DNA from: Diplonema japonicum
Taxonomy: Eukaryota; Protista; Euglenozoa: Diplonemea
DNA: 64,000 nucleotides
Assembly: GCA_964019335.1 (NCBI GenBank)
Contig: OZ025666.1
Location: forward strand, 248,001-312,000
Direction: 5' to 3'
Positions 32,680 to 44,969 of the stretch are shown one piece after another; the stretch's first letter is position 1, and each line of letters begins with the position of its first letter. Under the pieces are notes generated by a model. That model made no database searches. It saw only the letters and a program-made list of their open reading frames with translations, and was not told where the DNA came from. The position numbers and the translations under genes are program-made.

Positions 32680-35600
32680 ATGCGCGTCATGATGGGCCTA
32701 TGTGTGGCCGCACTGGCTGTTTCAGCCATGGCGGACGACGACAAGAAGAAAATCGAGGGTCCCGTTATCGGGATCGATCTTGGGACGACCTACTCCGTGG
32801 TGGGTGTGTGGCAGAACGGGCAGGTGGAGATCATCTCCAACGAGATGGGTAACCGTATCACCCCCTCCGTCGTCGCCTTCACTGAGACCGAGCGTCTCAT
32901 CGGTGACGGTGCCAAGAACCAGATGTCCCAGAACCCCGACAACACCATCTACACCGTGAAGCGTCTTATCGGTCGCAAGTACACCGACAAGGTATGTTTT
33001 TTTGGAAGAAAAAAAAAAGAGGTTCTTGTTTTCTTTCTTTTCCGGTTTTTGTTTCCTGCTCAAGGAGTGCCTGTTGCAGGATGAGAAACAAAATTCATAG
33101 ATCTCGTTCGTCTGAGCAGACTTCCATTTTTTTGGAGGGCTGCGTGTGACTGATTAGAATTTTCGGCCTTCAAGCTGACAAACAGTCCAAATGGGGTCCT
33201 TTTCTTTCGTGCATCGTCCCTCGCTATGCCTGCTGAGCGGACATGCCCAGGAGAGTACGTAAGGGGCGAGAGATGTGCTGTGGGCGATGCTCTGGTATGA
33301 TCATCCCGCGGTGCCTGTCGGGCTGCATTTCGTGCTTGAGAGTGTACGTATGGGATGGGAGAGGGAGGGCCGGTGTGGGAGATTAAATAAAGTATTAAAT
33401 AAGATACCGGAACACTCCACGGCTGAGAAGCAGAGAACTTGTGGCATGATGACAAACCATGTTTAGTGTAGTGCGCATCTGACACCCCTCTTGCAGGTGG
33501 TGGTTGAGAATACATACATCGGTCTAGACTCGTTTATGACTGACCTTTCTACCTGCTTTGCTTCAAAAGAAGATCACCGCTTCCTTGTTCCCAGTTAGTG
33601 AAGTCACTTTCCTTCGGAATGATGAGAAATAAAATTCATAGATCTCGTTCGTCTGAGCAGACTTCCATTTTTTGGAAGGCTACGTGTGACTGATAAGAAT
33701 TTTCGGCCTTCAAGCTGACCTTATTGCCGGCCGTTTTTCCCAGGAGAACAGAGAAGCCTTAGTTCAAGCATACCATTACAACGCCCGCCCACCCGGCATT
33801 AGGGATGACCACAAGACCCTGGTTAGAGTCTTTATGCATCGTCCCTCGCTATGCCTGCTGAGCGGACATGCCCAGGAGAGTACGTAAGGGGCGAGAGATG
33901 TGCTGTGGGCGATGTTCTGAGGTGGTCAGCAGACAGAAGCATCCCATTCCTTCACGTTGTTTCCCAGTTAGTGAAAAGAAGCGGAAAGAGGGAGGCTGAG
34001 ACACCCGCATTGGAGGGACAGCAGCAGCGGCAGTATTCTGCAAACCTTCACCATTACCCCCCAGCGTAGCTTTTTGAAGTGTGCTGGAGGGCAAGTTTGG
34101 AAGGTGAGAGTGGAAGAGAAGCAGCTGAGGTCTTTTGTGTGGTGGTGAGGAGGGGCAAGAAAACCGACATGATGACCACATCATATCCACTAAATTTTCT
34201 GATGAAGAGTCTTAAAATCTACAATGTCATAGTTACTCTGATCTCTCCTTTCTTGTCTTTTCCCAACTAGAACTAGTCACTTTTTTTTCACCCAACAAAC
34301 ACCAACTCTTTTTTTTTTTTTTTGAATGATGAAAATATATTCTGTCAGTGCTGGCACCAGAGCAGAGCTGCGGAGGGGTAGCACCCTTTGTGACCATGAG
34401 CACATTTTTTATTATCCGCTGCTGAAAAGAAAAGAAGTGAAAAGAAAGTTAATCCCACGAATACCTGGCAACAACCCCCCCACCCCCCGCATTTAAGGCA
34501 AGGGAATGAAGCATTTAGTCTTGTTTATCCCTAGTCATTGTGGGGTAGATACAACGAAAATGCGACAAGACTGTTGTGTGCTTTTTTTTTTATAACGCGT
34601 CACGCGCATGATGATCAGAGAATACAATCCAATGACTGCTGTTTCCATGAGAAGCCATCTTCGGTGACATAAATTGTTTCTTAAAAATCTTCAAAACTGA
34701 CATACGACTATTGTTAACATTTTAATTCTGATGGCGGTGGTGGCTTCTCGCTGCTCGGCTGTTTCTGCGCAGTTATCCTGCTCTCCCAAACCTGCCGGCA
34801 CTCTATTCCATCTGACTTGTGCTTGAGCCTTCTCCCACATGATGATTAGCTTGCTTTTTCTACTTCGGATGGTGCCTGCACCCTGACGATCAAATTGTAT
34901 CACAATCACAGTCCGTGCAAAGCGACAAGAAGCTTCTCTCCTTCAGGATCGTGTCTGGTGCCGATGGGCAGCCCAACGTGAAGGTGCACTACAAGGGTGA
35001 GGACAAGCAGTACACTGCGGAGGAGATCTCTGCGATGGTGTTGACGAAGATGAAGGACATCGCTGAGGAGTTCCTCGGGAAGAGCCTGAAGAACGCTGTG
35101 GTGACTGTGCCCGCCTACTTCAACGACGCTCAGCGTCAGTCGACGAAGGACGCTGGTACGATCGCCGGTTTGAACGTTGTGCGTATCATCAACGAGCCCA
35201 CGGCCGCAGCCATCGCCTACGGGCTGGACAAGAGGGACGAGGGTGAGAAGAACATCCTTGTCTTCGACCTTGGTGGTGGTACCTTCGATGTGTCGCTTCT
35301 CCAGATCGACGACGGTTTCTTCGAGGTGATCGCCACCAACGGTGACACCCACTTGGGTGGTGAGGACTTCGACAACAGGATGGTATGTTAAAGGGGGAAA
35401 GCAACATGAAAATAAACCAACCATGTCCCTCACAGGTGAAGCACTTCCTGAACGTGATCCAGAAGAAGCACGGAAAGGACCTGTCGAAGAACCAGAGGTC
35501 CCTCGCCCGTTTGAGGAAGGCCTGTGAGTCGGCGAAGCGTCAGCTCTCCTCGCAGCCCGAGGCCCGTGTTGAGGTGGACGGGTTGGACGAGGGTCTGGAC

Positions 35601-36052
35601 TTCTCCGAGAAGCTTACCCGTGCCAAGTTCGAGGAGCTGAACATGGACCTGTTCAAGGGTACCCTGAACCCCGTGAAGGCTGTTCTGGATGACTCCAAGC
35701 TGAAGAAGACCGACGTTGACGAGATCGTGCTTGTCGGTGGGTCCACCCGTATCCCCAAGGTCCAGAACCTCATCAAGGACTTCTTCAACGGGAAGGAGCC
35801 CAACAAGGGGATCAACCCTGACGAGTCTGTTGCCTACGGTGCCGCTGTTCAGGGGGCCGTGATGAGCGGCGAGAGCGAGCTTCAGTCGAAGGTGCTTCTC
35901 GTTGACGTGATCCCCCTGTCCATGGGTATCGAGACCGTGGGAGGAGTCATGACCAAGCTGATCGAGCGTAACACTCCCATCCCCGCCAAGAAGGCCCAGA
36001 CCTTCTCCACCTACCAGGACAACCAGCCCGGTGTGAACATCCAGGTGTGGAA

Positions 36053-36087
<35 letters not shown>

Positions 36088-36684
36088 ACCCCAAACAACC
36101 AGGTCTTCGAGGGTGAGCGTTCGATGACGAAGGACAACAGGCTTCTCGGGAAGTTCGAGCTGTCGGGGATCCCTCCCGCCCCCCGTGGTGTGCCGCAGAT
36201 CGAGGTGTCGTTCGACGTTGACGCGAACGGGATCCTCACCGTGGGTGCGGAGGACAAGGGCTCTGGCAGCAAGGAGGCGATCACGATCACCAACGACAAG
36301 GGAAGGCTCAGCGAGGAGGAGATCGAGAAGATGGTTCGCGAGGCCGAGGAGTTCCAGGAGGAGGACAAGAAGCTGAAGGAGAGGGTGGAGGCGAAGAACG
36401 CCCTCGAGTCGACCGCCTACAACCTGAAGAACCAGGTGAACGACGACGAGAAGCTCGGCGGGAAGCTCGACGAGGACGACAAGACGGCGATCGAGGAGGC
36501 GGTGAAGGAGGCTCTTGACTGGTTGGACGAGAACCCGTCGGCCGACAAGGAGGAGTACGACGAGCAGCTCCAGAGCCTCCAGAGCATCACCAACCCCATC
36601 GTCTCCAAGGTCTACCAGCAGGGCGCCACTGAGGGCGGTGCTGGTGGTGAGGACGAGGACGCGGGCGACTCTGACGAGCTCTGA
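32680..36684 (+). CDS. BiP: ER luminal HSP70 BiP/GRP78, copy 2; intron 1 expanded to 1920 nt
   Basis: Exons appear identical to copy 1 by eye. Introns 32992-34911, 35383-35435, 36045-36102. Confidence 0.94.
33078..34700 (+). ncRNA. snoRNA cluster B (inside BiP copy 2 intron 1): CD2', HA4, HA5, CD1, CD2, HA1-variant, HA4, HA2, HA6, CD4, CD5, HA3, CD7
   Basis: Same modules as cluster A, in the sense orientation of the host gene. Confidence 0.9.
34608..34700 (+). ncRNA. Box C/D snoRNA CD7 (copies 52658-52748, 54207-54298)
   Basis: C box ATGATGA, D box CTGA. ACAATCCAATG is antisense to LSU CGUUGGAUUGU (helix 92/A-loop region). The sequence just before the D box varies between copies. Confidence 0.75.
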
Positions 36685-37393
36685 GCGGTTTCTTGAAGAA
36701 GCCTTTCTTCCTCTTTTTTTTGCGTAACGTTCACAACGAAATCAGGATTTTTTTTTTTATTTAGTTTTTAATTTTTTTGCATCCGAAGAAAAAGAAATTA
36801 AAAAGTAGAAAAGAGGCAAAAAGAGAAATGAAAAGGAGGAAAAAAAAAAAGAAAAAGAAAAGTCACTGTTGCTGACAAGGAAGAGCGAGTTTGGGGGAAT
36901 AAAAAGAATGCGTAAAAGACATATTCATCAGGACCATGACCCTGGGGATGCGTTCGTAAATCCTTTTAAGTCCCTCCTTGCAATTTTTTTTGTTGTCATT
37001 CTTCAATTGATTACTTCGGTTTCTTTTTTTTTTCTTTATTGTTTTTTGTTGCTCCACCCCCCTTTCCTCTTTCTTCAACAGAAAAAAAAAAAAAAAACAC
37101 CCCCCTCTTTTTTTTTCTTTTTCTTTTTTTTTTAAAGCTGACATCTCTGCCTTTGATGTCGTTTCCCCCTCATTTTTCTCCGCACCACATTTCCCCCTTT
37201 CTTTTTTATTTTTCTAAATCAGCTTTTTATTAGAATTGCGACAGTTCTAATAAAAAAATTGTGATTTTTTTTTTTTTTTTTTTACCATCTCCAACCCGAA
37301 AAAAACTTTTTTTTTATTCTAATTCCCCGTCCAACCCCCGCACCCAAAAATTTATTCTTAAAAAGGAGGGGTGGGGTAATAGGAGGTGGGGGA

Positions 37394-40300
37394 ATGCCGC
37401 CGAAGAAATCATTCCATGGGAAGTACCGTAGGAGGCACGACAAGGTGGCCGCAGGGGAGGCCAGGGTACTCTTGATTGTTCTGGAGGACCTGGCGATAGA
37501 CAACAGCGAAGACATCATCCTTAACATGTTTTGGGTGATGGCACAGTTTGGCGTCGTAGAAAAAATCTCCAGATTCTTGAATAATGACATGAAAGAACAG
37601 GTCCTTGTTCAGTTCAAGGAGAGCACCGCTGCTGAAGTCGCTATGTCATACCTTAACACACGCGACGGGCATTTCGACAAAACTAACGGCCACGCCGCGC
37701 GGCCGTGGTCATGCAAGTTCGCAATCGTCCCCTCCTCCGTATCCCAGTTGACCTTCAAAAAAGAAGACGAGCGCAACAGAGAATTCACCGCCTTCAACGA
37801 CAAATTACAATGTGGGGACGAGCTCCCAATTTACGATTTTATATGGGGAAAATATATACAAGGAGAAGGATGGCTCTGTCCAAAACAACCAGACTGCGAT
37901 AAAGGCATGATTCCAACCAAACAGGAAGGTCTTCCTAAGGGTGAAGTTGGTGTATGCGTGTATCTAGCAAGCCTACCAGACATCTCGGCAGAGCAGCTAT
38001 TCAGAGTAGGAGGTCAGTACGGAGTGGTGGTTGCTGCGAAAATGTTGCAAAAGCACTCTGGAAAGGCGCTTTTGCAATACGAGAAAAAAGGCGACGCAGA
38101 AACCGCGAGGAAAAAGCTCGATGGAGTGCAGCTTTTCGGAAAGAAGCTAGTAGTGAAGCAGTCGCCCCACGCCAATGCGTTGCATTGGAATGGTGTTCAA
38201 ACGGAAGAACCGAAGCTTTACAGCATGAAGGACGCACCACCTCCCGAACCGTGCCAGGTTAAGAACCCCCCGTCAAGATTCGTGTGGCTGAAAGGAAGTG
38301 GGGATGAAATCGAGAACGCGGTTGTTTTGCATCTTCACAGTAAGAATGCGTTGCAGCCGGTTATGAAGAGATGCCCTACACACACAATATTGGATTTTAT
38401 GAATATTGAAGATGCGTTCAAGTGTGTGATGCACTTGAATGGGCGGACGTGTCAGCTTGCTGGTGGATTTGAGTTCCGGTTCAGCATGGGGTTTGACCAG
38501 CCTGACATGTTGATACCCCTCACCGCGCCTCTGTTGCACCACGACCTTCGGTCTGCTACCATGCCAACCGCTTCTACACCCGCCCCGCCCCTCGTCTATC
38601 GAATGAAAGCCGACAAAAAAGAAACAATTCAGGGGCTGCTCGTCAGGCTTGAACTTAACGAATATGTATGGAATAACTGGTGGAAAAAGCGTGACAAAAA
38701 AAAATAAAATAAAAAAAATTAACCATCTACCAACGGACCATTTTTGCCCACCAGGGGGTAAATTTTCAAAACTTCAAAAAAAGCTATTCTAGCGCAACGC
38801 CGGGGCTATATGCCCCCGAAAATGCCTCCAGATGTCCCAATTCTAGAGAGAGGGTGCCCACAGCAGGGCCCACCCCCACAACATTGTCAAAAATATCGTT
38901 CCTGAAGTGCTCGAGAGGGGGTACAAAAAACAAGTCAAAAAAAATCGACTGTAAAATTCTATAAAAAGCTATTTAAGGCCTTCTTGTCGCGGTTCGTACG
39001 TGCCCCAGGGCTGGGGGACTTCTTTTTTGACCCCGAGAGGGGTTTCTGGGGGGTATCCCCGGCAAGGTGGCAGTCTTTGAAGCACGGAGTCACGCAAAGT
39101 TGTACCAAGCAGGCTGAACACTGAAATAGGGGTCTTTTCGACTTGAAATGCTTGCACCGCACGTTGCACTACTTTTTCGGGGAAATGGTCCCAGAAGGTA
39201 CTGTCACGGCGCATTGGGGTCTCAGAGCACTCGTTCTGTGTTTCGGGGCATGGTATTGGGGCAGCCTGCTCTGTTGTTGACTTTATCTGTTTAGACTGCC
39301 TCCCTAGTAGCCCTTCGATGACTGCCTCTTTGAAAGGCGTCAATACACTGTCGTTCGTACTCAGGGTGTTGGGGGGCAAGGCTTCTTTCCAAACAAGCCA
39401 AGCATTCGCCAGAGATTTACCTAACAAGTACGAAAATACTTTTAGGGGCCACTTTTAAGTCATAAGGGTGCGTTTATGGCGTTTTGTCGCAGCGTCACCC
39501 AGGTCGGTTCCGCCCATTGCGGTGTTGTAAATATGCACTTGGTGGGGAACAAGATGTCCTTTCCGGCTTTCATTCTCTTTTGGCGGACGGTCAAATTTGA
39601 CTTCACTGGAACATCCAACGTCGATAGAAAGCACACAGGCTTGATGTCATGCCACGTTGTGGTGCAAAGGATGCTCGCGTGCTGGTGGAACTGTGTCCCC
39701 ACGGGATGCGCGTCCTTGGGCTTGCGGCCTCGCTTCTTTGGGGCATCCATGATCTCCGGGAGGCCTTCGCGATAGGTAGAAGTCAGCACGCTTGTTTGTT
39801 TCGCTGTGGAAACACAGATTTCCCAGAATAGTCAAAAAGCGGTCTCTTGACATGACGGTAGCGTACCCAGGTGTAGTTGAGAAACGTGGAGCCAGTGCAC
39901 CAGTAATCAGAATAATCTGGCTTGATATCCAAGTCCATCGACAAAAGGACACCTAGGAAGGTACGCAGAGAAGCAGCATCGAGATCCAGGGAGACACCTT
40001 TTTTAGCCGCATTTGCCACATTGTTCGAAGTTATGACCCGAATAAAGTTTGGACGAGCATTTGGGAGAATATATGGAATGGCGTTGAGCCTCTGATGTCA
40101 AAACAGGGTCCACAAGGATTCCGATCTTCACGAAACCGGATGCCTTCCAACTGCTCCGGCTTTGCCGTCCAATCACCCTGCTGTGACTCGGAATCGGTCG
40201 AATTCGTGTCAGAATCACTGTTTGTATCAAAATTGCATAATAGGGATGAGCCATCAGCGCTGCCATCACTCATAACGTCCTCTTCCGGCCTCTTTCCGGG

Positions 40301-41574
40301 CGCCTTTTTTTGAAGTGATTTTTAAGGGTAAATTTGGGCTGGCGTTTTTTTTTATTTTTTCATTTTCTTGTTAAGTTAGGGCAGCATTTAGTTTATATTT
40401 TTCATATTTTCCGCGCAGGACCCCGCCGGCAAGAAAGGGCCGGGCCGTATTGCATTGAAAGCCCTTTGCGTAAAAGATTTTTTTTCAAATCGTCTATATA
40501 TAGACGCTCGTTGATAGATGGTTAAATAAAAATAAAAAAACAGGGTTACTTTGAAAAACTGGACTCTGAAGGTTACGAGCGTGCGAGCGACCTTGGGGGG
40601 TCGCAACCTGAGAAATTGGAAAAACTCGGTATGTGTTATCCCCTATTTTTTTTTTTTAATTTTTTTTTTTTTATTACTGAAAAAAAAGGTATCAAAGCCG
40701 GCCACGTGAGAAGAATGCTGAACGACGTTGAAAGCTACCAGTTCAGCCACGAGGCGTTCGTCCCGCAGCAGTTCGAAGAGGAGCTGGTATGACAACGAGT
40801 AAAGAAAAAGAAAAAAAAAAAGGATTAAAAAAAAAAACAAAAAAAAAACAGGCTTCGCGGGCGAAGACAGCACCCCCGAATGTGATCCCAAACTTCAACC
40901 TGATTGCCGAGCAGGACAGTGCGAGAAACGGCGCTGGGCCTTTAATAACGAAATCCGTGTGCATCGACCCTCAGTACACAAAGCTGATGGCAGCCGCGGG
41001 AGGCAACGTTGTAACCGGCAACAGCACTGGAGGCAGCGGTGGGACTATACCAGGCCCTGTTGCCCCTGCTCCTGTCCCGATGAAGGCGATGGGTTCTCTA
41101 CATGACGAGGAAGTGCAGGTTTTTTTTTTTTTTTTTGGAGGGGAGGGGAAAAAAAAAAATTCACACAGCGATCCATGACATGCCCGACATCAACCCGCCG
41201 GGGGACGGCTCAAGGTGGTGTGATGTCGTTTATCACATCACTCTCAGGCTCTCCGCCGCTGGACGATCTCAGCAGAAGGACGAAGACGTGCCCAGGTGGG
41301 CCTACTCCGCCTCTCTTTGGCGAACGGCCAGATGAAGACAGTGATGAAATCCTTCAGAGGCTCAGCCTCGAGCTGCAAAGCACAGGGGACATGGCTCGCA
41401 CGAAAACAGCACCTATGGCAGAGGACGAACAGTTTGTTGCCTCTGGGAAAATTACGCTTGAGAGCTTATTGAACGGGACAGACTTTGTATGTGGGGTGGG
41501 TTAGCGGAACTTTAAAAAAAAAAAAAAAGTGGTCTGGTGAACGCTCCCAAACCCTTCCTGGTCGTCCGCGATGA
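37394..41574 (+). CDS. PTB/hnRNP-L-like multi-RRM protein with SAM domain; 6 exons
   Basis: QFGVVEKI...QVLVQF and QYGVVVAAK...ALLQY RRM motifs. Introns 38666-40543, 40629-40688, 40787-40851, 41119-41168 and 41487-41529 rebuild a SAM-like domain (LLVRLELNEY|GYFEKL...LEKLG|IKAGHVRRML). TGA at 41572-41574. Confidence 0.75.
38723..40521 (-). mobile_element. Degenerate piggyBac transposon within an intron
   Basis: TTAA on both sides (38719-38722, 40522-40525); 13-bp TIRs CCATCTACCAACG / CGTTGATAGATGG with 1 mismatch; transposase remnants on the minus strand. Confidence 0.88.
38959..40273 (-). pseudogene. piggyBac transposase pseudogene (frameshifted, internally deleted)
   Basis: Fragments in different frames: acidic N-terminus, LRTFLGVLLSM..DYW, MSRDRFLTILGNLCF, WHDIKPVCFLST, ANAWLVW, and a C-terminal Cys-rich CSACLVQLCVTPCFKDCH domain. 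The first catalytic DDD segment is apparently missing. Confidence 0.82.
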
Positions 41575-44500
41575 CTTTGAGGGGAAAGAAGAAAGAAAGA
41601 AAAAAAGGAGGGGAAAAAAACGGGTTGGGGTGGGGGGGGAAGGAAAAAAAAGTTGTCATCATCTGTATCCCCCCCCCCCCTCTTCATCTATTATTACTAC
41701 GTGCATGCATTTTGTTTTCTTTTATTCCTTTCAAGTCTTCAGTAAAAAAAAAAAAAGCAAAAAAGAAAAAGGAGAGAGAGAAAGCGTGAAAAACCTTGTG
41801 AAAGAAAGAGGGGGGGAGGGGTGTGTGGGATGGAAAAAAAAAAAAAAAGAGAAAAAAAAAGAAAATAATGGAAACCCAAGTGCGCCCAATCAATACAACA
41901 GTTATAGCTAAATAAATTTTAAAATATGAAGTTTTTTTTCTTCTTTTTTTTTTGTGGGCCGTTGCTAACCACTTCGTTCTTATCATTGTGATTTTTTTTT
42001 TGTTCTTCTTCTTTTGCTCTCGCGATCTTCTATTCAGTTCAGCGCATGTGTTTTGGGGTCACAGGGGGGAAGGGCACTGAACGAAACTTGAGAAGGGGGG
42101 GGGGGGGGGGGGAGCGAGAGGGGGGAACAAGGTAGCCCTATCACGCAAAAACTATAACTATAACGTCTATCTTTTCTCTTATTTTCCTTTTTTTTCTTTC
42201 TTCTTCCCTCTTCTCCCGGGGGGGGGGGGGGGGGGGGGGACCACTTTAAAGGTGGAAGGGTAAAAAGAAGAAGGTCTACCTTCAGTCATAAACCCCTTCC
42301 ACCCTCACCCCTCAGTGCTGTTTCTCTGTGTCTTACGTGTCCAAAGCACCCACTTGAACCATTAGTTACTAGTTACTGTTGTCCACTCTTACTTAAAGGC
42401 AACGAGGGTATAGCGATTTGAAAGATGGTTCGAGGGCTATCGGAAAAAAAAAAAAAAAAAAAAAAGCTGCCTACACCGGTGCTCTATCTAAGGGTCCAGC
42501 CCTCGGTTACTTTTAAACCCCCTTTGTGTGAGCTCACAATGACGTGTATTTTTTTTTCTTCTTTTTTTTTTAAGCATTTAGAAAAAGAATATAAGCGTCA
42601 TGAGACGCACGTGTTTCCTGTATCAGGAAGTGTCCCAAATAAAGGGGGGGGGACAAAAAAGCGGGGACAAAAAAAAACATGATAAGGTGGCCATAACCTG
42701 TTGGCTGCTCTCTCCTGCCGCCTCACTGCTTCCCTTCTTCCTCTCTATTCCCTCCCTTCTCCCGTGCCCCTTACATTCCATCACAAAACTAGAATCCCCC
42801 CCCCCCCCTCCCATTTTTTATTTTGAAGACTAGAACAGGTGGATTTAGTGTGAAAAAAAAAATGAAAAGAATTTAAAAAAAAAAGAACAAGAAAAGAATT
42901 CTTGTTCTTTTTTTTTCTTTCTTTTTTTTTCTTTTTTTTTTTCCCTCCTCGAAGTTTTCTCTCCCTGTTTCCCTCCCTCTTCTCCTACTTCTCCCCCCCT
43001 TTTTTTTCTTTCTTTTTTCTGTGGGGACAACATGGGGATTTAAAGAAGTACATCAGATGTGTTGTTCGCTCTCCAGTCGCCACCGCCCGCCACCATAGTG
43101 GAAGAACATGTTTTTTGCAGATGCTGTGCGTGACGAACAGGCGACTGCTTCCCCTGTAATGAAGTAGACAGTCAGACCACCAACTCTGGCCTCCTTTATC
43201 TTTTTTAAGATTTTTGCAGGGATTTCCCCCTCAAGAACTTCACCGACATTGGCATCCCTTTTTTTTTTTTTTTTAAAAAAAAAAGATATTTCACCCTAAA
43301 TTTCTATAGTTTCTTGAGTAGTTGATCGGCATTCGTTACAAAAGCAATAAAGCAACACGGAGTTTCATTAAATGCATATCAGCCAAGAAAAGTGAGGGAG
43401 GGGGGAAAAAAAATAAGAAAAGAAAAAAAACCCAAGTCGCACCGTTAAAAAAAAGGGGGGGACCAAAGGTATTGAGTAGTGTCTATGAGTTTTTTATTTA
43501 TTTTTTTTTTTCAAATAATTGCAGGAGCTGAGAAGGGGTGTTCTGATGGTTTTTCCCTTACAGGTGTTCTTGCTTTATTGGCAACAAAGAAAAAAAAAAT
43601 AAAAATAATATTGATAATAATAATAAACAACAAAAAGAAAAAAAAAAAAAAGATTCCTGACTGACAAATTCCGAGTTTTTTTTCCCCCCTTCTTTTTTTT
43701 TTAAAGAGCGAAGTACTGATAGTCACGATCACGAGAGACCCAGGACAGGCTGAAGGAGCTAGAAAGGGACTAGTTTGCCGCTCGAGTGGAAGAATGTGTT
43801 GCAGATGCTCGGGGAGACGAACAGGCTGCAAACTGCATGAGAGCAGAATCTTGGTTATACTCAGGACGCCCCCCTGTAATCAAGTAGATACTTCAATGTT
43901 TTGTTGCACACGTAACGCCACTAGTGTTGCAATCAAAGCCCCATTTTTTTTTTTTTTTTTTCCCTTTTCCCCGCAGGAGATAGGTCCGAGCGTCCATGCT
44001 CATGGAGGGCCTATCATCAATCAGGATTGATATTGTCAGTAAAGCAATATTTGTCAGGAAGAAGAAAAAAATTGCTGCCATTGGGTAACAATCCTGTATA
44101 ATTGACTCCCCCCCCCCCCCCCCAATTTATGCCTACTATGGGAACACCGAGAAAGTTAAGCCCATTGTCTCACCGGAAAGAACGAAAAAAAAAAAAAAAA
44201 CGCCAAATTCCCCCAACCCCCCGCCCTCAGCAGAATTTTTTATTTATTTATCCCCCCCCCATGACGCTTCCTCTCTTGCTGTTGCTTTAGACAGCACTGG
44301 TGGGAATGCAATATTTTCTTCTTTTTTTTTCTTTTTTCTTTTTAGCGGTGTCATAAGGATTATGTACAATAAATATTTTAGTGGGTGACCCGCAATGCAC
44401 GTAACTAGTTTTTTTTTATTTATTTCCTTTTTTTTATTTCCCTCCTCGCAGAAAAACGAAGAAAAATAAAAGATTGGTAGTGGTCAGGTAGCACGTCTGG

Positions 44501-44913
44501 ATCTCACACGCTCACTTTTTAAATCGCCCCCCCCCCCCCCCCCCCCTCCCCCAATTCGCTCTTTTCCTTTTTTTATTTGTTTCTTTGAGAACCTTAATGT
44601 CAAGGCTGGTGAGTGGCCAAAAAAAGAAAAAAGAAATAAAAGAATGAATTGAGAGAGAGAGAGAGAAGAATAAAAGAAAACCATCCCCCCCCCCCCCCGC
44701 TGCCCACACTCTTGTCCCTGCAGATGATGACAACTTATTTTTATTTTTTGACATGGTTTCCTTCTACCCAACCTTTTCACTTTTTTTTTTTTGTGTTTTG
44801 CCCTTTTTTTTTCCACGGTTTATTTTTTTTTTTTGTGATTGCAAACAGAAAACCTTTTTTTTTTTTTATATATTATTATTACCTTGATTGCCTCTACAAT
44901 AGATGAAAAAAAG

Positions 44914-44950
<37 letters not shown>

Positions 44951-44969
44951 AATAAAATATAAAAAATAA

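Noticed and set aside
30200-36684. BiP as frameshifted pseudogenes
   Set aside because: GT-AG introns restore a complete ORF in both copies.
43050-43257. Minus-strand frame containing GEIPAKI (HIT-family-like)
   Set aside because: No HxHxH motif, no start context, and opposite to the cluster direction.
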